This document shows, piece after piece, positions 1-13,794 of a DNA stretch of 64,000 nt. Under the pieces are notes generated by a model. It saw only the letters and a program-made list of their open reading frames with translations, made no database searches and was not told where the DNA came from. The DNA is from Octopus vulgaris. Its lineage: Eukaryota. The position numbers and the translations under genes are program-made. The DNA lies in NCBI GenBank assembly GCA_951406725.2, contig OX597827.1, positions 8,618,001-8,682,000 of the forward strand. The letters run 5' to 3'. Position 1 is the stretch's first letter; each line of letters begins with the position of its first letter.

Positions 1-75
1 TGTCTATTTTGCTGAACTGCTTAGTCACAGATTTGGTTAAAAAGAGACAATGAGCAATGGCTATAAGGATATTGA

Positions 76-275
76 GCTTTATTTGATAACCAGCTGATCT
101 TGCAAGCAGGGCCTCATATCAGTGAGGGAGGCCGGTGCACATTGATGCCGTCGAGAGGTAGGCCCTGAAACGGTGCCCATTCTCTCCTGATGACCCCATA
201 CACTTGCTGGCTTCTGGTATGCAGAGTTTTTGACTGGTAGCACTTGCATGTGCAAGTTGTTTGCATGACAACTAA
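76..275. mobile_element. GC-rich dispersed repeat, unclassified (second copy inverted at ~28495-28687)
   Basis: Its reverse complement aligns with 28495-28687 over ~190 bp (e.g. catacacttgctggcttctggtatgcagag vs ctctgcataccagaaaccagcaagtgtatg). Confidence 0.7.
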
Positions 276-865
276 CATTACTCATCAAGTAGGGGTGAGG
301 TGACAAACATGGACACAAAGACAAACAAATACACACACATACTCACACGCACACACTCACACACATACACACACTGACACACACTCTCACACAAACACAC
401 ACATATATACATATACATAACAGGCTTCCACAGTTCGTGGAATTTCATTCACATGACAGTAGTCAACCCTGAGATATAGACGACACTTCCTCAAGATACC
501 ATCCAATGAGATTGAACCTAAAACTAGGTGGTTGCAAAACAAGCTACTTATCTTCAAAACCATGCCTGCTACTCCTGTATCTAAAAATATATGGTAATTA
601 GAAAATCCCATTTTCTTTAAATGAAACAAGTAATTTGTTTTGTTTTTTTTCCATTTCATATGATGAACATACGATTAAATATAGCAAAAAAATTTGGAAA
701 GGAATTAGATTAGATCTAAGCATTTTCAGCCTTATAGACAAGTCAACTTAAGATGAAATTGCATAAGATATATTTGAGTTAGTAAATGTATATATCTTTG
801 TCATCCTTAGCATGAAGAAAAAACAGCAAATAATACAAAGAATGAAGATTAACAAGAGAGTGTAA

Positions 866-899
<34 letters not shown>

Positions 900-1153
900 C
901 TTGATGACATCTGGTGATCCATCTGCTAAGAAATCGTGTGGAGATAAATGGGATATTTCTGGCTGTGCATGAATAGCCAATAGCATAAAGCAGCAAGGTG
1001 TGAGTTTAATGTACAGCACTTTACTCACACTTTCCATATTGACAGTTTTTCGCTTCGTATTTGCATATATGTGTGTGTATGTATGAGTGTGTGTTCATGT
1101 GTATGTGTGTGTATATGTTTGTATTTCCAAATGCACATACATAACACACACAC

Positions 1154-1256
<103 letters not shown>

Positions 1257-1259
1257 TAT

Positions 1260-1291
<32 letters not shown>

Positions 1292-1292
1292 A

Positions 1293-1540
<248 letters not shown>

Positions 1541-2103
1541 GGATAGATAGATAGATAGATATACAGGCATACACACACACAAAAATAATAAGAAATTTAT
1601 ATTACAGGGAATTAACTCCAATGTATATTATTACAGTCCAAATTATACTTTGGAATTAATTCAGTGTAACATATAATAGGAAAACTGCATTTTGCTATTT
1701 TTCATATTTCTTGACTTATGCAGAATACTTTTAATGTGTGTGTGTGTGTGTGTGCATGGAGCCACTTAATGGACAGTTATTGCAAAACAGGGGTGATAAT
1801 AATTTCTTCATAATTATTATCTTGAACTTGAAATTTAAGGAATAAAGAAGATTCATGGAATATAGATATTTAATTTTTTTGCTTGTTTATTTTTGAAAGT
1901 TTCGAGATATCCAGTCATATAAAAAGCAGGTTTAGCACCATATTGTTCTTATATATATGAAACTGTGGAAAGGAGAACTCAAAGGAGTACAAATTAAGAA
2001 GTATTGAGCACTAATATTGAACCTTCTAAAGGAGTTGGCCAGAGCTAATAACAAGTGGAAAGATACTCTTCTAGAAAAGACCTGTTGAACATATACAAGA
2101 CAA

Positions 2104-2600
2104 TGATGATGATGATGATGATGATCCTCATCATCATCGTTTACCGTCTGCTTTCCATGCTGGCATGTGTTGGATGGTTTGACTGAGAATTGGTGAGCCA
2201 GAGGCTGCACCAGGCTCAGTCTGATCTGGCAAAGTTTCTACAGCTGGATGCCCTTCCTAATGCCAACCACTCCGAGAGTGCAGTGGATGCTTTTACGTGA
2301 CACCAGCATGAGGGCCAGTCAGGTGGTTATGGCAACGACCACGCCCAAAGGGTGTTTTTTATGTGCTACCTGCATGGGAGCCAGTCCAGTGGAACTGGCA
2401 ATGACCACGCATGAATGTTGCTTTTCACTTGCCACCAGCACATGTGTTGGTGGGGGGACTCTGGCAATGATCACACTCGAATGGTACCTTTCACGTGCCA
2501 CCGGCATGAGAGCCAATCCATGGCCCTGGCAATAGTCAAACTCGGATGTGCTTTTAACGTTCCACTGGCACAAATGCCAATCAGGTGGTACTGTCAAAGT
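2104..2600 (-). mobile_element. SINE family C ((GAT)n-tailed, RTE-type tail) with internal 5 x ~65-bp tandem module
   Basis: catcatcgtttaccgtctgctttccatgc...gctggatgcccttcctaatgccaacc recurs at 13820, 25268, 36765, 39915 and 61250. Internal units read ttttacgtgccacc...ggcaacgacc. Confidence 0.75.
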
Positions 2601-2922
2601 TCATTGTCCAGTGACTGAGGGGTACTTATAAGTGGGCCGGTGATGATGATGATGATAACGATGTATTGGTATACTTATTTATTTAAGTAGATAATTATAA
2701 AAAAAAAACTCAGAGATCCTTAATTTAAGGTAAAGTATCTTCACTCTATCATGTGTTATTAAGGTACTTTGATGATTTCAAAACAGTAAACAGTCAACTA
2801 GCCTTGTAAATAACATCATCTGGATAAACACATTTATATCTGCATCTATATATACATACGCACAGGCACATACACATACATATATGAGCATTTGCATATC
2901 TATCTATATATATATATATAAT

Positions 2923-2954
<32 letters not shown>

Positions 2955-3829
2955 ACAAACACAAGCACATATAGTCACACATGAATTTATATACCTATGT
3001 GTGTGTATATAAGTGCATGTTAATGAAAACTGAGTTTGCCTCTATTAACGCATAAATTGGTTGTAAAATGCGATTCTTATTTTTGCTGACATATTTGAAG
3101 AGAATTGCATTATGTTATGCAAAGAAACAAAAAAAAAAAAAAGTATCCGAGTTCAGTTTAGCATTGCGAACTTTTATTTTCCCTATTCAACATAGTTTTA
3201 TGTTTTGTTTGCATTGGTGTCGTAAATAAACGACTTCATCAGATGAGAAATTGATAACTGAATGAATACTGAATAACCAGATCATTGAAATCCTCCTGCT
3301 CCACCTTCCCCTCCTCCTCTTCATCGTCATCCTCATTGTCAACAGCAGTGTCATTATTGTTGATGCCATCATCATCAACATCATCACTGTCATCATCATC
3401 ATCATCCTCTTCCTCACCATCATCATCATCATCACTTTTATGTTTGAGCTGCTAATTCAGTGTAAGCATCATTTTATTGCATCACTTAACAGAAAACTTT
3501 ATTTTACTTATCAGACATATCGTCAAGCTTTGGGGAATAGATACCAGAAGTGCCGGATAACTTACCTGTGACAGACTAACCTTCTGGTCAAGGAAATATT
3601 TTGTCTTTCATCTATTTATTGCTACAGCCAACAGAAATTAACCTATTAGGCATTACAATTCTCAAAACAATTCTGTTTTTCTCCAAACTCATTGTGCATT
3701 TACATAATGATTTTGCCTCGTTACTTTCTTAAATATGAGGAAATCTACATTTCACTGGCTAAGGTCTTAATAAGACCAAAGTGCATCTAGAATTGTCTCC
3801 CTCATTTGGTGAAAAACTCAAAATGATGT

Positions 3830-4302
3830 TGGTTTCAAATTTTGCCACAAAGACAGTAATTTTAAGGAAGTTGATTATATTAACCTCCCGCCCGCACCAA
3901 TGTCCAACTGGTATTTATTTTATCAATGAAGGTGGTAAGCTGGCAGAATCGATAGCACGCCGGGTGAAATGCATAGCCGTATTTCATCTGTCATCATTAT
4001 GTCCTGAGTTCAAATACTGCCAAGGTCAACTTTGCCTTTTATCCTTTTGGGGTCGATAAATTAAGTACCAGTTACGCACAGGGGTCGATGTAATTGACTT
4101 AATCCATTTGTCTGTCCTTGTTTGTCCTCTCTGTGTTTGGCCCCATGTGGGTAGTAAAGAAATTGGTATTTATTTTATCGACCCCAAAACGAGGAAAGCT
4201 AAAGTTATCCTCAGTGGTATTTTAACTCAGAATGTATAGATAGATGAAATGCCGTAAAGCATTTTGACCAGCGTGCTAACAATTCTGCCAGCTCACTGCC
4301 TT
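3830..4302. mobile_element. SINE family B (tRNA-like head; gcctttcatcctttcggggtcgataaattaagtaccag core): plus copy (~3929-4165) nested in an older minus copy
   Basis: The core motif repeats many times in the window, and the B-box-like gagttcaaat is present. Confidence 0.7.
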
Positions 4303-4336
4303 AAAAATTAAAATATTAGACTTTTATTAAGTCATA

Positions 4337-4501
4337 GGCGCAGGAGTGGCTGTGTGGTAAGTAGTTTGCTTACGAACCACATGGTTCCGGGTTCAGTCCC
4401 ACTGCGTGGCATCTTGGGCAAGTGTCTTCTGCTATAGCGCCAGGCCGACCAATGCCTTGTGAGTGGATTTGGTAGACGGAAACTGAAAGAAGCCCATCGT
4501 A

Positions 4502-4560
<59 letters not shown>

Positions 4561-4800
4561 ATATATGCATGTGTGTGTTTGTGCGTCTGTGTTTGTCCCC
4601 CTAGCATTGCTTGACAACCAATGCTGGTGTGTTTATGTTCCCATTACTTAGCGGTTCGGCAAAAGAGACCAATAGAATAAGTACTGGGCTTACAAAAGAA
4701 TAAGTCTCGGGGTCGAGTTGCTCAATTAAAGGCAGTGCTCCAGCATGGCCACACTCAAATGACTGAAACAAGTAAAAGAGTAAAAATAAAGAGTAAAGAG
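4337..4800 (+). mobile_element. SINE family A (tRNA-derived head, CORE-like cttgggcaagt, internal (TA)n/(TG)n, gtaaaaga tail)
   Basis: A box tggctgtgtgg and B box ggttcagtccc; highly similar to many other copies in the window. Confidence 0.9.
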
Positions 4801-5122
4801 TATATACATATATATATATGTATATATATATATGTTGTATATACTCTAATATTGGTGCAAGGCCTGATATTTGGGGAAGCATTTAGTCAATTAAATTAAG
4901 CAGTCAATTTTGGCGCTTGACTGCTACTTTATTTCATTAAGATAAGTTCATCACCATCATGAGATTTGAACTCAGCATGAAGTGCTAAAGCATATGTTGG
5001 CATCACATTTTTTCTGAAACTATCAATTCTGCCAGTTCATTGCCACAATGTTGGTGGTGGTAATAACGACAAGAACAACAACAATAATAATAATAATGAC
5101 AATAATAGTAATGATAATAATA

Positions 5123-5225
5123 GTGCCTGGTGTACCTTTATCAGACGGGTAGTCATGATGGGTATATTGGGCTTCGTATATTTTACCCCAGTGTCACTTT
5201 GATGGCATGAACTGCTCTCTCACTC
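5123..5225 (+). mobile_element. 5'-truncated copy of an (AAT)n-embedded element (longer copy at 54001-54556)
   Basis: gtagtcatgatgggtat...ctgctctctcactc followed by (AAT)n has the same 3' end as 54450-54556, with (AAT)n on both sides. Confidence 0.75.
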
Positions 5226-5335
5226 AATAATAATAATAATAATAGTAATAATAATGATAATAATGATTTGCTTATTTGATTATTTATTTATGATTATATT
5301 AATAATGATAATAATAATAATAATAATAATAATAA

Positions 5336-5391
<56 letters not shown>

Positions 5392-5420
5392 ATGATAATA
5401 ACAAAAATAATAAGAATAGT

Positions 5421-5462
<42 letters not shown>

Positions 5463-5775
5463 TGATGATGATGATAATAATAATAATAACAATAATAATA
5501 ATAATAATAATAATGATAATAATAATAATAATAATAACAACAACAACATCACTGCTGCTGATGACAAGGAGAAAGACAATGAGGATGACAACTGACTACG
5601 ACAACGATGGTGATGATGGTGATGATGGTGATGATGGTGATGATGGTGATGATGGTGATGATAATGATGTTGGTGGTGGTGGTGGTGAGGAGAAGAAGAA
5701 GAAGAAGAACAACAACAACAACAACAACAACAACAATAACAACAGCAAAAACATCATCAACAACAATAACAGCAT
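5226..5775. repeat. Compound trinucleotide microsatellite (AAT/GTA/GAT/GGT/AAG/AAC)
   Basis: Directly visible. Confidence 0.95.
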
Positions 5776-6385
5776 TAATAATTATACCAGCAAAATTGCA
5801 TTGTTCTAAGATTCGCTCTTGTCTTAAATATTATTCCGCCTGTAGACAGAGCTAGCTTTTATAAAGTTAGGTAAAATTTTGTTCCTTAGTAAATTCATTC
5901 AGATCAGGTGGATTATTTCATTGTTTATTTTAATATGTCATTCCAAGACAGTTGCTATTCTATACGGAGAGAATACCTCACAGCTCTGTTCAATTAATCA
6001 CGACTTCCTGATTTCTCAAAATAAAAATCCTACTGAATCTTCTCAGTAGTATCCTGTTTCTCAGCAGTTGAAATCTCTCTTCAGCAATGGAAACAATAAC
6101 TGAGAGACAGATTTCTGATGCATCCTAAACCTTGCTCTTAACAACTCGAATTTAATTTCCCCTTCAGCACATTTAGTGTTAACTTCCTTTCTTATTTCTC
6201 CACAGAAAATGGTTCATGTTTCTCTCTAGCAGTGCGGAGACAAATATACATACATATATATACATAATATGTGTATGTGTGCAAATATGTATATATATAT
6301 ATATAAATATACGTATACACACACACATATATATATATATATATACATATATATCTGTTTGTATGCTTATATATATATATACATA

Positions 6386-6418
<33 letters not shown>

Positions 6419-6684
6419 ATGTATATGTATTTATGTATGTATGTATGTATGTATGTATGTATGTATGTATGTATGCATGCATGCATGCATGTATGTATTT
6501 ATGCCTGCATGTATGTATGCTTGCATGCATGCATGTATGTATGTATGTACATATGTATGTGTATGTATGTGTCTACATATGTATGTGTATGTATGTATGT
6601 ATGTATATGTATGTTTCTGACATCAACCAAATGTTTGACATAAAGGAAACAATTAAAGTTAGCAACATAGAGTCTCTCTCTCTC

Positions 6685-6763
<79 letters not shown>

Positions 6764-6782
6764 CTCTCTCTATATATATATG

Positions 6783-6814
<32 letters not shown>

Positions 6815-7338
6815 AATCTTTAAATTTCCCCTTTGTTTATCTTGATTCCTCTCACTTCATGCCATTTCAGAAAAAGCATCATAAAATTCTGAAGCGATTC
6901 CAAACTTCGTTTTCACTTGTTTCTCATCCTTCTCCTGCTGACAACAACTTGCTTTTCTTCCAAGGAAAAAAAAAGACAATATTTTTTATTTATTTTTGTA
7001 TGATTTTACAATTTAGTAAAACTATTTGCCTTGATGGAGAGTTTCAGCATTTTTTTCTATATTTATCTGTTTCTTTAAGTATTTACTGTTTATTTCATTT
7101 CATTTTAATGTACAGAATTTCAGTGATGGGATAATGATCCACCTAACTAGTTTATTATTTTATTTAAAAACAAAGATTTTAACGTGTTTTTATTGTAATT
7201 CAATAAGTATTTTATTTCTGTTCCTTATCATATATGACATAAAACTGGTCATACATATGTATGCATATGTTAGCATATATATATATATATATATATATAG
7301 CGTATATTTAGCAGAAGCTAGAAAGATGTCTCTCTCTC

Positions 7339-7740
7339 TTTTACTTGTTTCAGTCAGTTGACTGCAGCCATGCTGGAGCACCGCCTTTAGTCGAGCAAAT
7401 CGACCCTGGGACTTATTCTTTTATAAGCCTAGTACTTATCCTATCGGTCTCTTTTGCCAAACCGCTAAGTGACGGGGATGTAAACACACCAGCATCAGTT
7501 GTCAAGCAATGCTAGGGGGACAAACACAGACACACAAACATATACACACACATACATATATATATATACATATATAATACAGGCTTCTTTCAGTTTCCGT
7601 CTACCAAATCCACTCACAAGGCATTGGTCGGCCCAGGGCTATAGCAGAAGACACTTGCCCAAGATGCCACGCAGTGAGACTGAACCCGGAACCATGTGGT
7701 TGGTAAGCAAGCTACTTACCACACAGCCGCTCCTGCGCCT
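7339..7740 (-). mobile_element. SINE family A
   Basis: Reverse complement of the 4337-4800 consensus. Confidence 0.9.
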
Positions 7741-8085
7741 ATGTAGTTATTTCTTAAATAAAGAAAACAGATAACTACATGGAACTGGGAATGAGGTGGC
7801 AAAATAAAGTGAAATAGACTGGAATAGACTTTGATACTAACAAATAAAGGTTCCAGACATTTAAATTCAGTAATAAGAATTTTTTCAAGTCATATAAAAT
7901 AAAAGTAATTTCTGTATTTGTTTCACAATGGAATATAATCAAACAGATATCAGTTTAATACATTCAGTATTTTCTAAAACAAAAGTTTTGCTTTCTTCAC
8001 ACAAGGGTAAGTGTAACAATTGCTTGAAAAATAAAACAAGAAAACAACTTTCTATGAAATAATTCACAGGAATTATATATTATAC

Positions 8086-8120
<35 letters not shown>

Positions 8121-8122
8121 GT

Positions 8123-8163
<41 letters not shown>

Positions 8164-8177
8164 TAATATATACATAG

Positions 8178-8210
<33 letters not shown>

Positions 8211-8956
8211 TAATAAGGGTAGAAATTGATATTAATCAATTAAAACCAGAGGCCCAGCATATTAAAAAATCCGAAGATAAAAATATTTTTATATACAAAA
8301 TTTAAAGGACTGACCACTCAAAAAGTGGACGGTCAACATGCTAGATATAGATGTCAAATCACTATATATATATATATAATATATATATATATAATATATA
8401 TATATATATAATATATTAAATATATATATATATGCATGTATGTATGTATGTATATGTATATATAAATGTTCTTGTGAGATCATGCTAGAAGCTTAGCATT
8501 GTCTTCAAAGTAAGATAAGCACCAGTTTGAAAATGACATCATATAAGAGAAAGCAGAAGTGGGTTCTTTTAAAAAAATGGAACTTTAATCACAAGAAGTT
8601 TGACAAAGCCAAAAGAAGAATAATGATAGGAATGAACAGGAAATGTTACTGGAAGTCTGCCAAAATGGTAAAGAAGAATGTTAGGATAAGGCCAGAGATA
8701 TCTCCTGAAGACAGAAAAAAAAAAAAGAAGGCTTAAGTAATGTAAAGAAAGTTCAAAAGTAGACACGATTTCAGAGACAAGACGAATGCTGGAAGTTGAT
8801 AAACTACGGTTGAAAGAAGGCATGAGTTATGCTAAAAGCTAAAAGACAGTACAAAATAGGAAAGGAAATTAGACATACCAAACTAATGAATTTGAAAAGA
8901 GAAAGTCCCAACTATTGTGGCAGGGAAAATATAACACTGTCAAACTTGAACATATA

Positions 8957-9119
8957 GGCGCAGGAGTGGCTGTGTGGTAAGTAGCTTGCTAACCAACCAC
9001 ATGGTTCCGGGTTCAGTCCCACTGCGTGGCACCTTGGGCAAGTGTCTTCTGCTATAGCCCCGGGCCGACCAATGCCTTGTGAGTGGATTTGGTAGACGGA
9101 AACTGAAAGAAGCCTGTCG

Positions 9120-9150
<31 letters not shown>

Positions 9151-9368
9151 TTGTGTGTCTGTGTTTGTCCCCCTAGCATTGCTTGACAACCGATGCTGGT
9201 GTGTTTATGTCCCCTTTACTTAGCGGTTCGGCAAAAGAGACCGATAGAATAAGTACTGGGCTTACAAAAGAATAAGTCCCGGGGTCAATTTGCTCGATTA
9301 AAGGCGGTGCTCCAGCATGGCCGCAGTCAAATGACTGAAACAAGTAAAAGAGTAAAAGAGTAAAGAGT
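8957..9368 (+). mobile_element. SINE family A
   Basis: Full head-to-tail match to the consensus. Confidence 0.9.
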
Positions 9369-10758
9369 ATATTAGGCAACAGCTGAAATGCTTTTGGAAT
9401 ACAAGATAAAAGAGGCACATATATTTTCAAAATGTAGTGCATTTAAATTTCAGAGTTGTACGGTTTATAATAAACTAAATATGAAAAATATTTGACTTTG
9501 ACAAACTCCACAATATGCTTTTGTAGAAAAGCAAAAGAAAACCAGGTTTCTTTCTTTCTTTCTTTTTTTTTTTTGGCTCTTCTCTGACTAGATATTTCCA
9601 TGGTTGTTTGGACAACCCGATTTACCATTCTACTAAGAAAAAAAAGCTATTTGTGGAATAATACGGCAGTGTACCTTTGAATGATCTAACTTCCCCCAAT
9701 TCTTTTGATATTATAGAGTGCAAAACATTAGTTATCCCTATTTTAATACATTTTTTTGTTTTTTCCTTGAACATAGATATAACGATAAAAAAACAATGGT
9801 GACATGGATGAGGAACAATAATGTTTAGGAAGACAAACAAAAACAAAAGAATTAAATCAAAGAATATTACCAAATCCAAGAGCAAACTTAGCAAACCAAA
9901 TAGATAGGGATGTTATTCAAACCGAGAAATAAATAATAAAAATACCCTAATAATCATGTTGTATCTGTCTTCACTTGATTATGCACAAAATATATAAAGC
10001 TTACAAAAACAAATAATAAAATGAGATTGCAACAAACAAGTCCGAGACACACAAAAAGAGCAAAAAATAAAAATAAAACAACTCAAAACAAAAGCAACAC
10101 TCAAGAACGCATCAACCATGACTACCAATGCAAACACAGCACTGGAATCAAATACCTGCTGTTCCAGGGTTTATGAGAAATGTCATAGTGTGAGATTAAT
10201 GTGACCACGCTATGAAGCATATGTAACACAAATGTCAGAATCGATGTCCTTTCTCGTGGTTAATCATCACCCCCCACCCACCCACCCGCTCCTTCAGAAA
10301 ACCCATTTCCAACTGTTATTTTCCATCGAAATAAAATGAAAATTACATGGAGATAAAAAAAAAAAAGGGAAAAAAAATGCGCCAAAGAAGAATATCCAGA
10401 AGCATTGAAAACATACCAGATTAGATGACCATGCGATACAAATCAGTTGCAAGCACCATAGAAGAGACACATAAGATTGATGTACTGCAAACAGCAGCCA
10501 AATAGCATTTAGATCACACCGTACCATTCTAAATAAGGGAAAGGGATATTAGAAGAATTTATTCCAACAGAACATTATTGGATGGTCATGGCTGGAATCA
10601 GTTTGCTCATGGGTTTTCTTGAATAGGATTAACATAAGGCTTTAAACAGCAATAATAAAAAGCAGTGGTGAATCAAACCAGTGAAGGAGCCTCTATTTGG
10701 CTACTCGACCTGCTGGAAAGAGTGAATAGGTTTCTTCACAGCCAGCGATGGGATGGAA

Positions 10759-11098
10759 GCACTCCATCGGTTATGATGACGAGGGTTCCAGTTGATCCGA
10801 TCAACGGAACAGCCTGCTTGTGAAATTAACGTGTAAGTGGCTGAGCACTCCACAGACACGTGTACCCTTAACGTAGTTCTTGGGGATATTCAGCGTGACA
10901 CAGAGAGTGACAAGGCCGGCCCTTTGAAATACAGTACAACAGAAACAGGAAGTAAGGTTAAACAGCAAGTTGTGGTGAAAAGTGCAGTGGGAATCAAACC
11001 AGTGAAGGAGCCTCTATTTGGCTACTCGACCTGCTGGGAAAAAGTGATCCTACGACCACGAGTCCGCTGCCCTAACTACTGGGCCATTGCACCTCCAC
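10759..11098 (-). mobile_element. SINE family D (tRNA-derived), internally rearranged
   Basis: Matches 12854-13244, but its central part is replaced by a copy of flanking DNA. Confidence 0.8.
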
Positions 11099-11577
11099 AC
11101 AGCTAGCCATGTTAGACAGGGGAAAATATTGGCTAACATAGTCCTCGATATTCTTAAAAGAAGGCTATTATCAAAGCTGGAATACTTTTGCAAAATGACC
11201 TGTGGTTAAACACTAATAACAAAAACAAAAACAACAATAACAAATGTTTGAATATCCTCCAACCACTACGCAAAATACAGTCTTGACATCCTAACAGAAT
11301 AAGAAAAATCAACTCTGTGGAATATTTAACAGAAATAGAGCCAAAAACAGCAGAATTGACCACAACAAAACTCATTCAACGTAAATATATGGGACAGATT
11401 AGAGAGATATGAATAAAAGCAGGAAATGATATCCAAATACAAACAGGGCCTCCAAGAAATTCTTTGCTTCATAGAAGCAATCTAGAACATCAATTACTCT
11501 AAATAACCTAATTTACATTTTGGCCACAGCAATTTGGAAGGAAAATTGGATTTGACACTAAATAAAGTCACTTATTC

Positions 11578-11596
11578 TTCGATGCCCCAAATAAAA

Positions 11597-11654
<58 letters not shown>

Positions 11655-11783
11655 GTTGCTGGTTCTGCAGCTGATGATGATAATGATGATGCTGCTGCTG
11701 CTGCTATGGTTGCTGCTACTGCTGAGGCTACTACTACTACTACTACTACTACTGTTGCTGCTGCTGATGCCCCAAATAAAACA

Positions 11784-11819
<36 letters not shown>

Positions 11820-11885
11820 TTGCTGCAGCTGATGATGATAATGATGCTGCTGCTGCTGCTATGGTTGCTGCTACTGCTGAGGCTG

Positions 11886-11942
<57 letters not shown>

Positions 11943-12069
11943 TTACTACTACTACTACTACTACTACTGTTGCTGCTGCTGCAGCTGATGATGATAATGA
12001 TGATGATGCTGCTGCTGCTATGGTTGCTGCTACTGCTGAGGCTACTACTACTACTACTACTACTGTTGC

Positions 12070-12110
<41 letters not shown>

Positions 12111-12190
12111 ATGATGATGCTGATGATGATGCTGTTGCTGCTGATGCTGATGATGATGATGATGATGATGCTGATGATGATGATGATAAT
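11578..12190. repeat. Compound (ACT)n/(GCT)n/(GAT)n microsatellite with higher-order duplication
   Basis: ctatggttgctgctactgctgaggct occurs three times and gatgccccaaataaaacact twice. Confidence 0.9.
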
Positions 12191-12853
12191 TAGCAAACAA
12201 TGGAAAGAAAATATATACTATGGAAGTGACAAAAAGAGTAAAGATGTATCATTAGGAAGAGAAACAGAAAAACGAGGTGTCTAATATGAGAGAAAAAGAA
12301 ATAAAAGCGAAACACCTAGACTTAACAAAAGACACAGCAAATAAAACACTTTGAAAAACCGTGTCTGCTTCTTTCAACAGAATAAGTATTGGAAACAATT
12401 AGTAAAGAATTATACGTATCAGCAATAAAAATAATGAAAAAAAAAATTAAAAAGTAATGAAAAAAAATGATAAAAAATACATGGTGGTACATTCACTGAC
12501 AACAATGGAAAGCAATCGTATTGGGAAGACAAGTAGAGCCAAAATATATTACATGATAAAGAAGCGTAATAGATAAAGGCAGAAGGCAAAGAAAATACTA
12601 ATAATAGCACAGGTTTGGTCCAGACTAACTATCAGCGAATTTAGCCAAACAATCAAGACCTCTAACATTTGAAAGTCACTTTGAATTGATAAATTAATTT
12701 AAGGAATTGCATGTAAAGCTATCTACAGCAGACATGGACAACCTTTTTTCGAGAAGGGGGTCACATAATATATGTCTCGTACTCAGGTGGGCTGCACTAC
12801 TAAAAAATAAATTCTAGGTAATAGCCGGCTGCCAACACTTTTTTCTGCAAAAT

Positions 12854-13244
12854 CTTCTTCTTAGCACTCCGTCGGTTACGATGATGAGGGTTCTGGTTGA
12901 TCCGAATCAACGGAACAGCCTGCTCATGAAATTAACGTGTAAGTGGCTGAGCACTCCACAGACACGTGCACCCTTAACGTAGTTCTCGGGGATATTCAGC
13001 GTGACACAGAGAGTGACAAGGCCGGCCCCTTGAAATACAGGTACAACAGAAACAGGAAGTAAGAGTGAGAGAAAGTTGTGGTGAAAGAGTACAGCAGAGA
13101 TCACCACCATCCCCTGCCGGAGCCTCGTGGAGCTTTTAGGTGTTTTCGCTCAATAAACACTCACAACGCCTGGTCTGGGAATCGAAACCGCGATCTTATG
13201 ACCACGAGTCCGCTGCCCTAACCACTGGGCCATTGCGCCTCCAC
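12854..13244 (-). mobile_element. SINE family D, full length (tRNA-derived head; resembles octopus OR-type SINEs), 12-bp TSD
   Basis: Minus-strand head ggaggcgcaatggcccagtggttagggcagcggactcg with B box ggtttcgattccc. TSD tttctgcaaaat at 12842-12853 and 13245-13256. Confidence 0.85.
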
Positions 13245-13378
13245 TTTCTGCAAAATAGGGGTAGCTTATCCTGTTCAGGCTATATTGTTAGCCTTATCCT
13301 GTATTTGGGAATTTAAAATCACTTCTTTAACTTTCTAGGTAATATTTTTGTTTGGTATGTCATTCAGAGAGTCTATAG

Positions 13379-13627
13379 CAGTGGTTTCTCATCTGGGGTC
13401 TATATTGCCCTTTGGAGTCTATATAAGGTTTTGTCATTAAAATTTATCAGCAATAAATTGCTTATACACAAAATATAAAATTTTTTTTTTTTAATATAAT
13501 TCCTGATAATATTTAATTATAGAAATACAGTAGTATTTTTTTGTAGACATAGAATGGTTACAGAGATCCAATAGAGTAAAATAGGGATCAAAATAGTCCA
13601 TAATCAAAAATTAGTTGAGAAACACTG
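13379..13627. mobile_element. hAT-type MITE
   Basis: TIRs cagtggtttctcaa / ttgagaaacactg; 8-bp TSD gtctatag / gtttatag. Confidence 0.8.
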
Positions 13628-13794
13628 GTTTATAGTGACAACAATCATTGAATTACTAGAAACTAAAATCAAAACCCAGGTAGTTACTAGAGGGGTAAAA
13701 AATATCTGTTCTCCACTGTCAAAACTTCAGGTAATTATGTAAAAGTTCCATCATCTTTCCAGCAGTCTAGCTGTGGATCTTGAAAATAATGGTC

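Noticed and set aside
3566-3620. Minus-strand donor CAG|gtaagt with an upstream ctgtag acceptor
   Set aside because: All three frames contain stops from that acceptor; there is no coding support.
4332-4617. Recurrent ORF 'ASFSFRLPNPLTRHWSARGYSRRHLPK...' seen many times
   Set aside because: Antisense translation of SINE family A, not a gene family.
8527-8860. Lys-rich ORF with RIRPEISPEDRKK, reminiscent of a CR1/L2 ORF1 C-terminus
   Set aside because: Similarity is limited to one short motif and is too decayed to call.
10417-10484. Possible 68-nt minus-strand exon (tttgcag|TACATC...CTG|gtatgt)
   Set aside because: The acceptor lies in a common old repeat (gctatttggctgct...), and only one frame is open, giving an implausible peptide.
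13160-13244. tRNA gene
   Set aside because: tRNA-derived head of a SINE with body, tail and TSD; no complete acceptor stem.
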